From an archaeon (GTDB lineage Archaea > Micrarchaeota > Micrarchaeia > Anstonellales > Bilamarchaeaceae), in NCBI GenBank assembly GCA_020053355.1, contig JAGVNI010000019.1, positions 7,707 through 71,706 of the forward strand: 64,000 bases of DNA, read 5' to 3'. Within the stretch, counting starts at the first letter, position 1. Every line of letters starts with the position of its first letter. Made by a program: the position numbers and the translations under genes. This document shows, piece after piece, positions 1 through 7,666 of the stretch. The notes below the pieces were generated by a model that saw only the letters and a program-made list of their open reading frames with translations, was not told where the DNA came from and did no database searches.

Positions 1-59
1 GGAGTATTGTTTTAGATGGTGAGCGTTCATGATGGTGATGTGTCAGGAAAGCTATATAA

Positions 60-214
60 ATCAAACGGAATTACGGCGTATTTTTCATAAAATGCCCATC
101 AGGCAAGAATAAATAGGGAAAAAGATACAATAGAACAATAAACCAATAAAAAAAGGGAAAAAAGATTTGTTTTCGTTTCTTTGGAAGCGTGTGCCACGAA
201 GGTGAACCAGCCAA
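60..214. promoter_or_regulatory. AT-rich upstream region of the dual-Lrp gene (candidate promoter/autoregulatory sites)
   Basis: A/T-rich tract (tatataaat, aataaatagggaaaaag, aaaaaaaggg) in an otherwise GC-rich window. Similar AT islands precede the two other dual-Lrp genes. Confidence 0.35.
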
Positions 215-1192
215 ATGCGCCAATACGCCCTGGATGAGATTGAAAGAAGGATGATTTACGAGCTCGAAAGCGACTGCAAGGTCAGCGTCAACAAGCTCGG
301 CGGGAAGCTCGGCATTTCCAAAAGGATGGTCGAGACGCGCATGCACAAGCTTATCGGGAAGAAGGCAATCGTGAACTTCGTCGCAATCGTGGATTTCTCG
401 AAGCTGGGGTATGTGGACCACGAGGTCTGGGTGCAGGTACGGCACATGCAGGCGGAAAAGAAACGCAGGTTCCTTGACTCGCTGATAACGCACCCGCAGG
501 TGGGGTGGGTCGCATCGTGCGGGGGGAAGTTCGATTTCGCATTCAGCATAATGGCCGAGGACAGCGTGACCTTTTCCGAGATACTGAGGAAAATCCTCTC
601 AGACAATCCCGGCGTGGTGCAGAACTATTCGATAAGCATCGCAACCAAAATCAGGTCCTATCCCCGCACTTATCTGCTTGAGAAGCACGGCGCCGAAAGG
701 GCCGGGGCGCTGTTTTTCAGCGGGCCGCCGCAGAAGAGCAGGCTGGACAGGAAGGATTTGGCCATACTGTCGATTCTGGCCAGGGATGCCAAGACGCCCG
801 CGGTCGAGATTGGAAGGAAGATAGGGATGTCCACGAACGCGGCCAGGGTGAGGGTCAGGAAACTGGAGGCGATGAAGGTCATACAGGGGTACAAGGCGAT
901 TTTCCAGCCGTCGGTCATAGGGATACAGAATTACGAGATACTGGTGACCACCGAGGGCATAACCGCCGAGAAGGAGGAAGAATTCAACGAATACTGCAGG
1001 TCGAACCCGCACATAACGCTTTTCATGACGTGCATCGGCAGGTGGGACATCAACATTTCAGTCGACATAGAAGGGCCGCAGCAGCTCCAGCAGACATTGA
1101 GCGAAATCAGGGACAGGTTCGGCTCGGTCATAAAGGATTTCGAGTACACGCCGATTCTCCATGTGTACAAATTCAACCTGGGCAAATCGTAA
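215..1192 (+). CDS. Two-module Lrp/AsnC-family transcriptional regulator (two HTH + RAM-like modules in tandem)
   Basis: 325-aa ORF. Two repeats of the HTH pattern (ESDCKVSVNKLGGKLGISKRMV... and RDAKTPAVEIGRKIGMSTNAARVRVRKLE), each followed by an AsnC-type effector-like domain. Paralogous to 42905-43876 and 62911-63873. Confidence 0.8.
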   Translation: MRQYALDEIERRMIYELESDCKVSVNKLGGKLGISKRMVETRMHKLIGKKAIVNFVAIVDFSKLGYVDHEVWVQVRHMQAEKKRRFLDSLITHPQVGWVASCGGKFDFAFSIMAEDSVTFSEILRKILSDNPGVVQNYSISIATKIRSYPRTYLLEKHGAERAGALFFSGPPQKSRLDRKDLAILSILARDAKTPAVEIGRKIGMSTNAARVRVRKLEAMKVIQGYKAIFQPSVIGIQNYEILVTTEGITAEKEEEFNEYCRSNPHITLFMTCIGRWDINISVDIEGPQQLQQTLSEIRDRFGSVIKDFEYTPILHVYKFNLGKS

Positions 1193-1231
1193 GCGTAAGG
1201 GATGGAAAAATAAAGTTGAAAAAAAGGAAAA

Positions 1232-1642
1232 TCAGTCCCTAAGCGCTTTGAGGGCCTGCTTGTTGTCAGATGCCCCGAGAAGGACGTACGAGAGCGTCGG
1301 CGTCATCGTTACCGAGAATGCGTATACGAGGTTGACGCCCTTATCCGATATCTTCTTCGCCGCGTCCGCCATCGTGCCGGGCCGGTTCTCGAGCCGGATG
1401 ATGATGACTTCCTTCTCCATCGCGCTGACGCCGAGCTTTTTGAGGACCGGACGCACTTTCGGCAAATCCAGGTTCTCGACAATCAGGTGGGTGTTGATGC
1501 TGCGGTCCTCAGGCGGCATGATGATGCTTTTGACGCCAATGCCTTCGAGGGCCTTCGCGACTTTCGATACCTCTTTGAAGTTCGGCTTTTCCAAGAAAAG
1601 TTCTGTCACAATCCTGTCTTCATCCATAACCTCACCAGCCAT
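1232..1642 (-). CDS. ACT-domain protein
   Basis: 136 aa. C-terminal half (EVIIIRLENRPGTMADAAKKISDKGVNLVYAF...LLGASDNKQALKALRD) has the ACT pattern and is paralogous to 42324-42824. Confidence 0.6.
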   Translation of the reverse strand: MAGEVMDEDRIVTELFLEKPNFKEVSKVAKALEGIGVKSIIMPPEDRSINTHLIVENLDLPKVRPVLKKLGVSAMEKEVIIIRLENRPGTMADAAKKISDKGVNLVYAFSVTMTPTLSYVLLGASDNKQALKALRD

Positions 1643-1654
1643 TTATTACCAACG

Positions 1655-1830
1655 TAAATCTTAGTGAACTACCCACGCCTGAAGTCCGATAGAACGTCGC
1701 AACGTTCTATGGGCCATTGAACGGTTCGTAATTGTTCGTTGTCCGAACAATTTGCGCCTTGAACGTTACGACGTTCAAGTGCGCGCCGTTCAATCGGTCG
1801 TGGGCTTCCTGTTTCATTGAAGATACTTAC
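1655..1830 (-). ncRNA. Candidate omega/reRNA scaffold plus IS right end, immediately 3' of tnpB
   Basis: Nested stems: CCCACG(1672-1677)/CGTGGG(1799-1804) and CCATTGAACGG(1714-1724)/CCGTTCAATCGG(1786-1797). Local hairpins: AGAACGT..ACGTTCT (1691-1708), ATTGTTCG..CGAACAAT (1731-1751), CTTGAACGT-TACG-ACGTTCAAG (~1758-1779). Confidence 0.4.
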
Positions 1831-3002
1831 CAGCAATATTTATAACTGGTAGCGGTTTCTTCTCCATCCGAAGAGTCTGGCTCTCCGGCTGCCGAATAGC
1901 TTAGCATTTCAGCACAGGCTTTACTTCCCTCAGTTCCTGAGGTAGCTCTGTCGAGTATGTTTATCGCTGCATTGAGATCCCGGTGCATCGAAGCTCCACA
2001 GATGCAACTGTGCCACCTCTCAGCAAGCGATTTCTTTCGTACCAGGCTGCAGCTGCTGCAGCGTTGTGTGGTATGGGCAGGGTCCACCAGCACGACCTCG
2101 CAACCAGCTTCTTCCGCTTTGTATGCAAGCATGCTTGAGAACTCTGCCCAGCCGCAGTCCAGCACCCCTTTTGCAAGGAAACCCCTGGCCAACCCAGCCA
2201 CATTAAGTTTTTCCATTGCCAGGAGAGCGTATTTGCCGACCAGCATACGGCTGGCCTTATGGAGGAAATCATGTCTCCGGTTTGTGACTTTCTCGTGTGC
2301 TATCGCAACCCTGATTCTTGCCTTTCGCCTGTTTTTGCTACCTTTCTTTTTCATCGACATGTGCCGCTGTGCTGTTTTCAATCCGTCTTCTGCTTCTTTC
2401 AGATGCCTTGGATTCTGTAGCACAGTGCCATCGCTAAGGTAAGCGAAGTGCTCCAGCCCGAGGTCGATACCTACCTTCAAGCCACATTTTTTCTGACGTA
2501 CGTTGTCATCTGTCTCTGTAGTGAAAATGGCAAACCATTTCCCTGAAGGCGAATTCTTTATAGTCAGGGTTTTTGTCTTCCCGTGCATCTCGCGGTGTTT
2601 CCTGATAGCTATGCTGCCTATGCCCGACAGTGCCAGCCTTTCATCAAGCTCAAAACCAAACTGCGGGTAAGTGAAGGATCTCATCCTTTCGGCTGATTTG
2701 AACCTTGGAAAACCTGCATTCATGCCGGCTTTCTTCTTGGCAACCATGCAACGCATTGCTTTCACAAGCCGGTCTGCAACATTCTGGGAAACCTGAGAGA
2801 AGAGGTACGTACCTTTTGTTCTAGGATAAAGTTGCTTTCGTGATGGAAACTTTCTGGTTTCATCGTAGTGCACTTTTGCATATTGGAGAAGGGAATTCCA
2901 AAGCAGTCTGCACCCGTGGAAATACCGCTCAAGGGCTTTCTCCTGTGCTTTGGAAGGATAGATCCGGTATTTCCATGAGCGTATCGGCATAATATGTCTC
3001 AT
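1827..3002 (-). CDS. tnpB: TnpB (OrfB_IS605) RNA-guided nuclease-like transposon protein
   Basis: 391 aa. RuvC-like motifs GIDLGLEH, LAMEKL, HRDLNAAINI. Zinc finger CSSC...C.C. N-terminal WKYRIYPSKAQEK typical of OrfB. Confidence 0.9.
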   Translation of the reverse strand: MRHIMPIRSWKYRIYPSKAQEKALERYFHGCRLLWNSLLQYAKVHYDETRKFPSRKQLYPRTKGTYLFSQVSQNVADRLVKAMRCMVAKKKAGMNAGFPRFKSAERMRSFTYPQFGFELDERLALSGIGSIAIRKHREMHGKTKTLTIKNSPSGKWFAIFTTETDDNVRQKKCGLKVGIDLGLEHFAYLSDGTVLQNPRHLKEAEDGLKTAQRHMSMKKKGSKNRRKARIRVAIAHEKVTNRRHDFLHKASRMLVGKYALLAMEKLNVAGLARGFLAKGVLDCGWAEFSSMLAYKAEEAGCEVVLVDPAHTTQRCSSCSLVRKKSLAERWHSCICGASMHRDLNAAINILDRATSGTEGSKACAEMLSYSAAGEPDSSDGEETATSYKYCW

Positions 3003-3251
3003 TCATAGGTTATTTATAAACAAAAAGAGACCGTACATTTCCGCGGAAATGATTACGGACAGTTATTTGGGGCACTTTCATCTCACATTTGAAAATGTGG
3101 GATTTCCCGTGCCAAGGCATTTAAAAGCGACGGTCCGCGCCGGACGGGGCTTATGCGCGGCGGCCATTCCCGCCCTATGACGGCATGGTTATACCATTTG
3201 CAGACACTTTTATTAACGTTTCGCAACATAGGTCATGACTGGGTGGGAGAA

Positions 3252-4574
3252 ATGAAACTTAGGAATTCTGATGCTTTATCTGGTGTGGAAAGGCAGGCTA
3301 AGCCGCAGGGCGCGTTCTCGAGGATGACTGAGAAGCTCGCGGTGGCCGCAATCATCGGAGGCGCATTCCTTGCCCAATCTGGCATGGGGTGCAAACCGAA
3401 CGACAGCCCCCGGCCGGCACCCGCCGGGACCGCTTCACAAAGCGCCGAAACTCCAACGTCCGCTCTTCCTACGATGACCCGCTCGGCAACCCCTGCCACT
3501 CCGGCTTCCGGTTCAGGCTCCGCAACCTCTGCCCCGGCAACATCTTCCGCAGTGCCGGCACCGGCGGTTTCAAGCGCAACTTCGGCACCCACTGGTTCTG
3601 CATCGGCAGGCACGGCGCCAGCCGCACCAGCTGCGGGACGGCCGGGCTCGTGCACGGCCGTTCCCTCAATTGAGAGGTGGGCTTCGAAAAGGGGGCTCGA
3701 CCCGATGCTTGTCCGCGCCTTCGCACTGACGCAAAGCAACTTGGATAATTGCACAGCAGCCAAAATGTGCCGCGCCGGCTTCGAGGAGGGCACCTGCTTT
3801 GGGCCGGGGCCTGGAAAAGACGAGGGCTATGATGTCGCCCTGGATGAGATGCATGACCCGGCCGGCACATGCCAGTTTGCAAATTCCTCCGGCACATCGG
3901 CACCAGACTGGCGCTGGCTCGCATTCGGCGTTTTGCAGACGCTCGAGCCGCCTTACACGTTCTGGCCGGCGGCATACCACCCTGACGGAGTAGATGGCCA
4001 GTACTTCGATGTATTCGAACGCTCGGGTCTATCATCCGGGCTGGATTTTGGCGAGGCCAGGGCATGCAATCCGAGGTTCAACCCGTTCAATCAGGAGGAT
4101 TCGGTGTGCTTGGGCACATCCAAGCTCGAGCGCCTGTATAGGGCGGCGCGGGCCTGGATAAGAAGCCACCGGGCGCAGCTTGGGATTGCTGAAAACGACA
4201 CAAGGGGCGAGGAGAGGATGAGTATTTACGTGCTCGGCAATATGTACTCCGGCTTATGGGGCAGCAGAACAAGGTCGGCAGACCACCCGAGATGCTCAAG
4301 CTCTACAAACAATGGAGAATGCTGGGCATATGGGTTCAGCCAGAGCGCTGCGGTGAACGACGCTTACTGCAATTCCGGCGCCGGGGGAGGAGACACTCAA
4401 AGATGCAGCTCCGGCCGCCCTGCCAGGAATCCGCCGAGCATGTGCAATGGGGACACTGATTTCATCCAGTATGTTAGGGACTGCGAGCTCCCGTTTCTGC
4501 CCTGGGCAAGGGATGGCGGAGCCGCTGTGCTAAGGGTATATCAGGACCTTAAATCCAGATGCGGCCGGAGATGA
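3252..4574 (+). CDS. Secreted/lipobox protein with S/T/A/P-rich linker and a lysozyme-like (SLT-like) segment
   Basis: ATG at 3252 preceded by gggtgggaga; alternative start at 3324 (MTEKLAVAAIIGGAFLAQSGMGC). The long PAxS/T linker is followed by GLDPMLVRAFALTQSNLD...WLAFGVLQT, which resembles the SLT motif. Cys-rich C-terminus. Confidence 0.6.
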   Translation: MKLRNSDALSGVERQAKPQGAFSRMTEKLAVAAIIGGAFLAQSGMGCKPNDSPRPAPAGTASQSAETPTSALPTMTRSATPATPASGSGSATSAPATSSAVPAPAVSSATSAPTGSASAGTAPAAPAAGRPGSCTAVPSIERWASKRGLDPMLVRAFALTQSNLDNCTAAKMCRAGFEEGTCFGPGPGKDEGYDVALDEMHDPAGTCQFANSSGTSAPDWRWLAFGVLQTLEPPYTFWPAAYHPDGVDGQYFDVFERSGLSSGLDFGEARACNPRFNPFNQEDSVCLGTSKLERLYRAARAWIRSHRAQLGIAENDTRGEERMSIYVLGNMYSGLWGSRTRSADHPRCSSSTNNGECWAYGFSQSAAVNDAYCNSGAGGGDTQRCSSGRPARNPPSMCNGDTDFIQYVRDCELPFLPWARDGGAAVLRVYQDLKSRCGRR

Positions 4575-4600
4575 AGCAGTTATAAAGATAGGAAAAACTT

Positions 4601-4786
4601 TCAGCCGCCAATCCTTACGCCCCTGGCCTTGCCGACCTCTTCGGTCAGTCCGGCGCGGTGGGCAGGGCAGCGGGTGAAAATCCTTTTTTCAGGTTTTGCG
4701 ATTGTAGCCTGGCTCCAGCCAAGCGTAATCAATTCGTCAACACCGCCCGAGCAGAAAGCTTTGCACTTGTCGCACTTTACTTTCAT
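4601..4786 (-). CDS. Small Cys-containing (zinc-binding-like) protein, unknown function
   Basis: 61-aa reading MKVKCDKCKAFCSGG...RCPAHR from the internal ATG at 4786. TTTAATAA box about 30 nt upstream on the minus strand. The longer 112-aa ORF runs into the hairpin array. Confidence 0.35.
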   Translation of the reverse strand: MKVKCDKCKAFCSGGVDELITLGWSQATIAKPEKRIFTRCPAHRAGLTEEVGKARGVRIGG

Positions 4787-4890
4787 ATGTAATAAGATGT
4801 CCGGACATGTTATTAAATAGACGATGCGGGGTTTGAAAAAGGGCCTGGCAGCGCCGAACAAACGTCTGCGAGCCGGTAGGCGATGTCCTT

Positions 4891-5177
4891 GGTCGACGCA
4901 TCGACCACATCCAAAACGCAAAGCGTTTTGGGTGGCCAAGTTGCTAAAGGCAACTTGACCAAGACAGTCACCCTATTGTTCGACCGGCAAATCGACGCAT
5001 CGATTTGTGGTCCACAGAACGTTTCGACGTTCTGTTGGACGCTTCGAACAATGGGGCAGCATGAACAAAGTTCATGCACGAGAACGCGATGTCGCGTTCT
5101 TGCCAGCATATAGAAAAAAACGCTGTGTTCAAGAACGACGATTCGTTCTTGGACATCGATTTTTCTAGAAGAAAAAT
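4891..5177 (+). repeat. Array of about 9 GAACG/TCGA-core palindromes forming a multi-branch structure (candidate structured RNA or IS-derived PATE/MITE-like remnant)
   Basis: Stems at 4891-4906, 4905-4935, 4936-4960, 4971-4983/5044-5056 (enclosing 4989-5006 and 5010-5040), 5059-5077, 5079-5102, 5127-5154, 5157-5179. Motif GAACGTTTCGACGTTC (5017-5032) matches 1761-1776 at 15 of 16 positions. Confidence 0.55.
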
Positions 5178-5358
5178 CGCTGACGGCAGGATTTGAACCT
5201 ACAATCCCAGGGGGACCGGTTAGCTTGAAGCGCTTTTTGGGGTGACGCCCTTTTAGGCAGCCCAAAAAGGGCTCTTCAAGACCGGCGCACTACCAGGTTG
5301 CACGCAATGCGGGCAAATCTTGGACGGAACGCCGTCCAAGGCTTTATGCGACGTCAGC
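5178..5358 (-). tRNA. tRNA, probably Ser(UGA), with a ~53-nt anticodon-loop intron and a second ~45-nt insertion between the acceptor 5' strand and the D-arm
   Basis: Perfect 7-bp acceptor GCTGACG/CGTCAGC and G discriminator. T-arm GTAGG-TTCAAAT-CCTGC. D-arm GTGC-AACCTGGTA-GTGC. Anticodon stem CCGGT/ACCGG with CTTGAA then the intron. 13-nt variable arm. Oligo-T follows the 3' end. Confidence 0.65.
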
Positions 5359-5369
5359 ATCATGATACG

Positions 5370-5882
5370 CTAAAGAGTCGTCTGCTCGGGCGGCGGCTCC
5401 GCCTTCGGCTGGCTCTCCTGTTTTTCCTGTACGAAATATATCTTAAACTTCTCGGTCAGCGTGAGCTTCGATGAGCGGCCGGATTTGTGCGACTTGAGGA
5501 AGCCGGCATCGATAAGCTCCTTCACGTCAGCATAGACGTGCGTGCCTATCTTCCGCACAAGCTCGGATTTCAGCATCCCGTCATGCTTGGAGAGGTACGC
5601 GAGGGTGCGCAGCGCGCTCTTGCCGATTTCGGTATCCTGGGCGAACTGCCTGACCCTCGGGAGGACGTCCGCGCGGACGCGCATGGAGAATTTCCCGTCG
5701 CTCTCCTGTATCTCGACAGCGCTCTCCCGCTCGTCGTAATCCTTCTTCAGTTCGGCAAGAACGCCCTGGATGTAGCCGAGCGCGCCGATTCCGGTCAAGG
5801 TACGGAACTCCTCGAGCGACATGGCGCGGGAACTCATGAAAAGCGCTGCCTCAATCAGCTTTTTTTCCTCTTTCATAAGCAT
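5370..5882 (-). CDS. scpB: Segregation and condensation protein B (ScpB)
   Basis: 170 aa. LIEAALFMSSRAMSLEEF... and GKSALRTLAYLSKHDGMLKSELVRKIG show two winged-helix repeats typical of ScpB. Confidence 0.8.
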   Translation of the reverse strand: MLMKEEKKLIEAALFMSSRAMSLEEFRTLTGIGALGYIQGVLAELKKDYDERESAVEIQESDGKFSMRVRADVLPRVRQFAQDTEIGKSALRTLAYLSKHDGMLKSELVRKIGTHVYADVKELIDAGFLKSHKSGRSSKLTLTEKFKIYFVQEKQESQPKAEPPPEQTTL

Positions 5883-5891
5883 CTACCAAGC

Positions 5892-6416
5892 CTACCGTAC
5901 TTTAAGGTGCCTTTTCAAATCCGGTGAATAGTCTACCGTGTCAAGCCTTTTCTTTTTTTGCTTTATCGCCTTCACCAACTCGCTGACGCATCCGGAGACG
6001 CTCCTCTTGGACGTGTCGAGTTCGAGGGGCTTGCGCCCGTAGACGGCTTCCGTACGCCAGACGCAGTAGTCGAGCATCTCGGCCATCAGGTTCTCTTCAA
6101 GCTTTTTTTTGCCGTAATGCCGCTTTGCGAGGCGGCGGCGGAGCGTTGCGGGGCTGGTGCGCAGGACGAAGATGAAGTCGGCCGGGAGCCGGATTTCGCA
6201 CGCAAGATGCCCTTCGGCGATGAAATCCTTTTTCCTTGCGAGCGGGCGGAGCGCGGCTGCGAGCTTCCCAAGGTCGACTTCGCGGCTTTTCCCGACAAGC
6301 TTGCGCGTACAGGCGATTCGCTTGATGTCGATTAGCGCAAAGCCCAGCTTTTCAGACAGGGCGATTGCGATGCGGGACTTGCCTGTCCCGGGCGAGCCGG
6401 TGAGGATGATGCGCAT
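5892..6416 (-). CDS. Fap7/AK6-type adenylate kinase-like NTPase
   Basis: Start at MRIILTGSPGTGKS (P-loop). Size and layout fit archaeal adenylate kinase isoenzyme-6 homologs. The upstream ORF extension to 6473 is unnecessary. Confidence 0.7.
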   Translation of the reverse strand: MRIILTGSPGTGKSRIAIALSEKLGFALIDIKRIACTRKLVGKSREVDLGKLAAALRPLARKKDFIAEGHLACEIRLPADFIFVLRTSPATLRRRLAKRHYGKKKLEENLMAEMLDYCVWRTEAVYGRKPLELDTSKRSVSGCVSELVKAIKQKKKRLDTVDYSPDLKRHLKVR

Positions 6417-6469
6417 ATGTGGGTATCCCGGGGAGATATTAAAAGGGCGATTGGGCGGATGCAAACCGC

Positions 6470-7276
6470 TCATCTGGAAAGAGGCGCGGGCACCTCTCCG
6501 TTGACAGGATCCCGTCCGCCAGGTTCAACAAGTATCCCCAATCCTGAGCGAAGCTCATCGCGCAAAGGCGCATATGTCATTCCGAAGCAAACGATGCCGC
6601 CGCGGTATTGGCCAAGCGGCCTTCCCTGCGCATCCACTCCAATGATATGTGCGCTGATGAAATCCCCGCCGTTGATGAAATCGCTGGTTCTTTCCACGAG
6701 GACGTGCACCCGCTCGAGCTCCTGGCCGGTAACCTCCCGGAACACCTGGGCGAATTCAATGGCGGGCAACACCCTCAGGCCCGGAAGCGAGCTCATCTGG
6801 GGCTGGGTATCCAGGGAGGACGGAAAAAACAGCGCTGCGGAATAATTAGGGCTGTTCGCGCCGCGCTCCTTCAGAAAGAGGAAACTTAGCGCGCCCAGGG
6901 TTTCTTGCGTGTAGCTCTGCCTGAGGACGACATCCGGAAGCGTCACCAGGTCTGCGCTCTGCCCTTCCTGGAGGCGCAGGTCCCGGAACCGGAGGCGCTC
7001 GTTGGAGGCCTCCATCTGGGCGATAGTGCTTTTCAGGAACATCACGCTCAGCCGGTGGCTCCCGATGGCAAGGACCCGCACGGTCTGGGTGCCGTATTGC
7101 CTGGATATGCTGGAGGGATAGTGGTCGTAATACTCGCCCCACCCCAGGCCGGTTGTTGCGCATCCGATTCCGGTTGCCATCACCAAGGCCGCGGCAGCCA
7201 GTTTGCCAAATTGCCGAGACTCGCGCTTCTGCCCCTTTTCCGCTGCAGGAGCGGCGTCGTGTACTAGACGTTTCAT
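6470..7276 (-). CDS. Lipobox-type secreted protein, unknown function
   Basis: 268 aa. Its long basic N-region followed by LAAAALVMATGIGC resembles the leaders of the 51317-53478 lipoprotein family. Confidence 0.6.
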   Translation of the reverse strand: MKRLVHDAAPAAEKGQKRESRQFGKLAAAALVMATGIGCATTGLGWGEYYDHYPSSISRQYGTQTVRVLAIGSHRLSVMFLKSTIAQMEASNERLRFRDLRLQEGQSADLVTLPDVVLRQSYTQETLGALSFLFLKERGANSPNYSAALFFPSSLDTQPQMSSLPGLRVLPAIEFAQVFREVTGQELERVHVLVERTSDFINGGDFISAHIIGVDAQGRPLGQYRGGIVCFGMTYAPLRDELRSGLGILVEPGGRDPVNGEVPAPLSR

Positions 7277-7334
7277 GATTATCCCGGTATTACTTTGGTT
7301 GGAAATAAATATAAATAGATTTTACCATAAAAAA

Positions 7335-7655
7335 TCACAGTTTTCCCGCAAGAATCCCGAAATATTCCCTCGCCGAATCCAGGGCCCGCTCGCCATTTTT
7401 TGTCAGGCGGTAGTATTTCCGCCTCGCACGGAACTCGGAGGATATGAGACCTTCCGCTTCCAGCTTGTAAAGGACCACGTAGACCATGATTTTGTTCGGC
7501 CGGAAAAGGAATTCCTCATCGATACGCTTGTCGAGGGAATACGCGTAAAGCTCGCCCTCTTTCCGGATGAGGGAGAGGATGTAGAGCCATAGGTTGCCGG
7601 ACGTGAGAAGGTTGCGCAGCCGCTTAATCGGACTGAATGCCCGTCGGAGTACCAT
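7335..7655 (-). CDS. PadR-family transcriptional regulator
   Basis: 106 aa. LWLYILSLIRKEGELYAYSL...VLYKLEAEGLISSEF...RKYYRLTKNGERAL is a classic PadR winged helix. Starts 11 nt after the giant gene stop. Confidence 0.85.
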   Translation of the reverse strand: MVLRRAFSPIKRLRNLLTSGNLWLYILSLIRKEGELYAYSLDKRIDEEFLFRPNKIMVYVVLYKLEAEGLISSEFRARRKYYRLTKNGERALDSAREYFGILAGKL

Positions 7656-7666
7656 GGCACCAGAAC

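Larger units (their letters stand above)
1655..3150 (-). mobile_element. IS200/IS605-family element, tnpB-only (IS1341-like); boundaries approximate
   Basis: TnpB ORF flanked by palindrome-rich ends (1672-1804 and 3040-3110). No tnpA Y1 transposase ORF is visible. Confidence 0.7.

Noticed and set aside
3153-3251. First 33 codons of the 473-aa ORF
   Set aside because: This part lies within the presumed left end of the IS element. ATG 3252 has a purine-rich ribosome-binding-like stretch, and the hydrophobic signal with its lipobox follows shortly after.
4891-5177. Possible CRISPR array
   Set aside because: The palindromes differ from one another in sequence and length and are contiguous, without regular unique spacers. 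No cas genes are present in the window.
4813-5265. 150-aa minus-strand ORF and the small plus-strand ORFs across 4883-5156
   Set aside because: They run through the palindrome array and into the tRNA body. Their composition is dictated by the hairpins, and they show no protein-like features.
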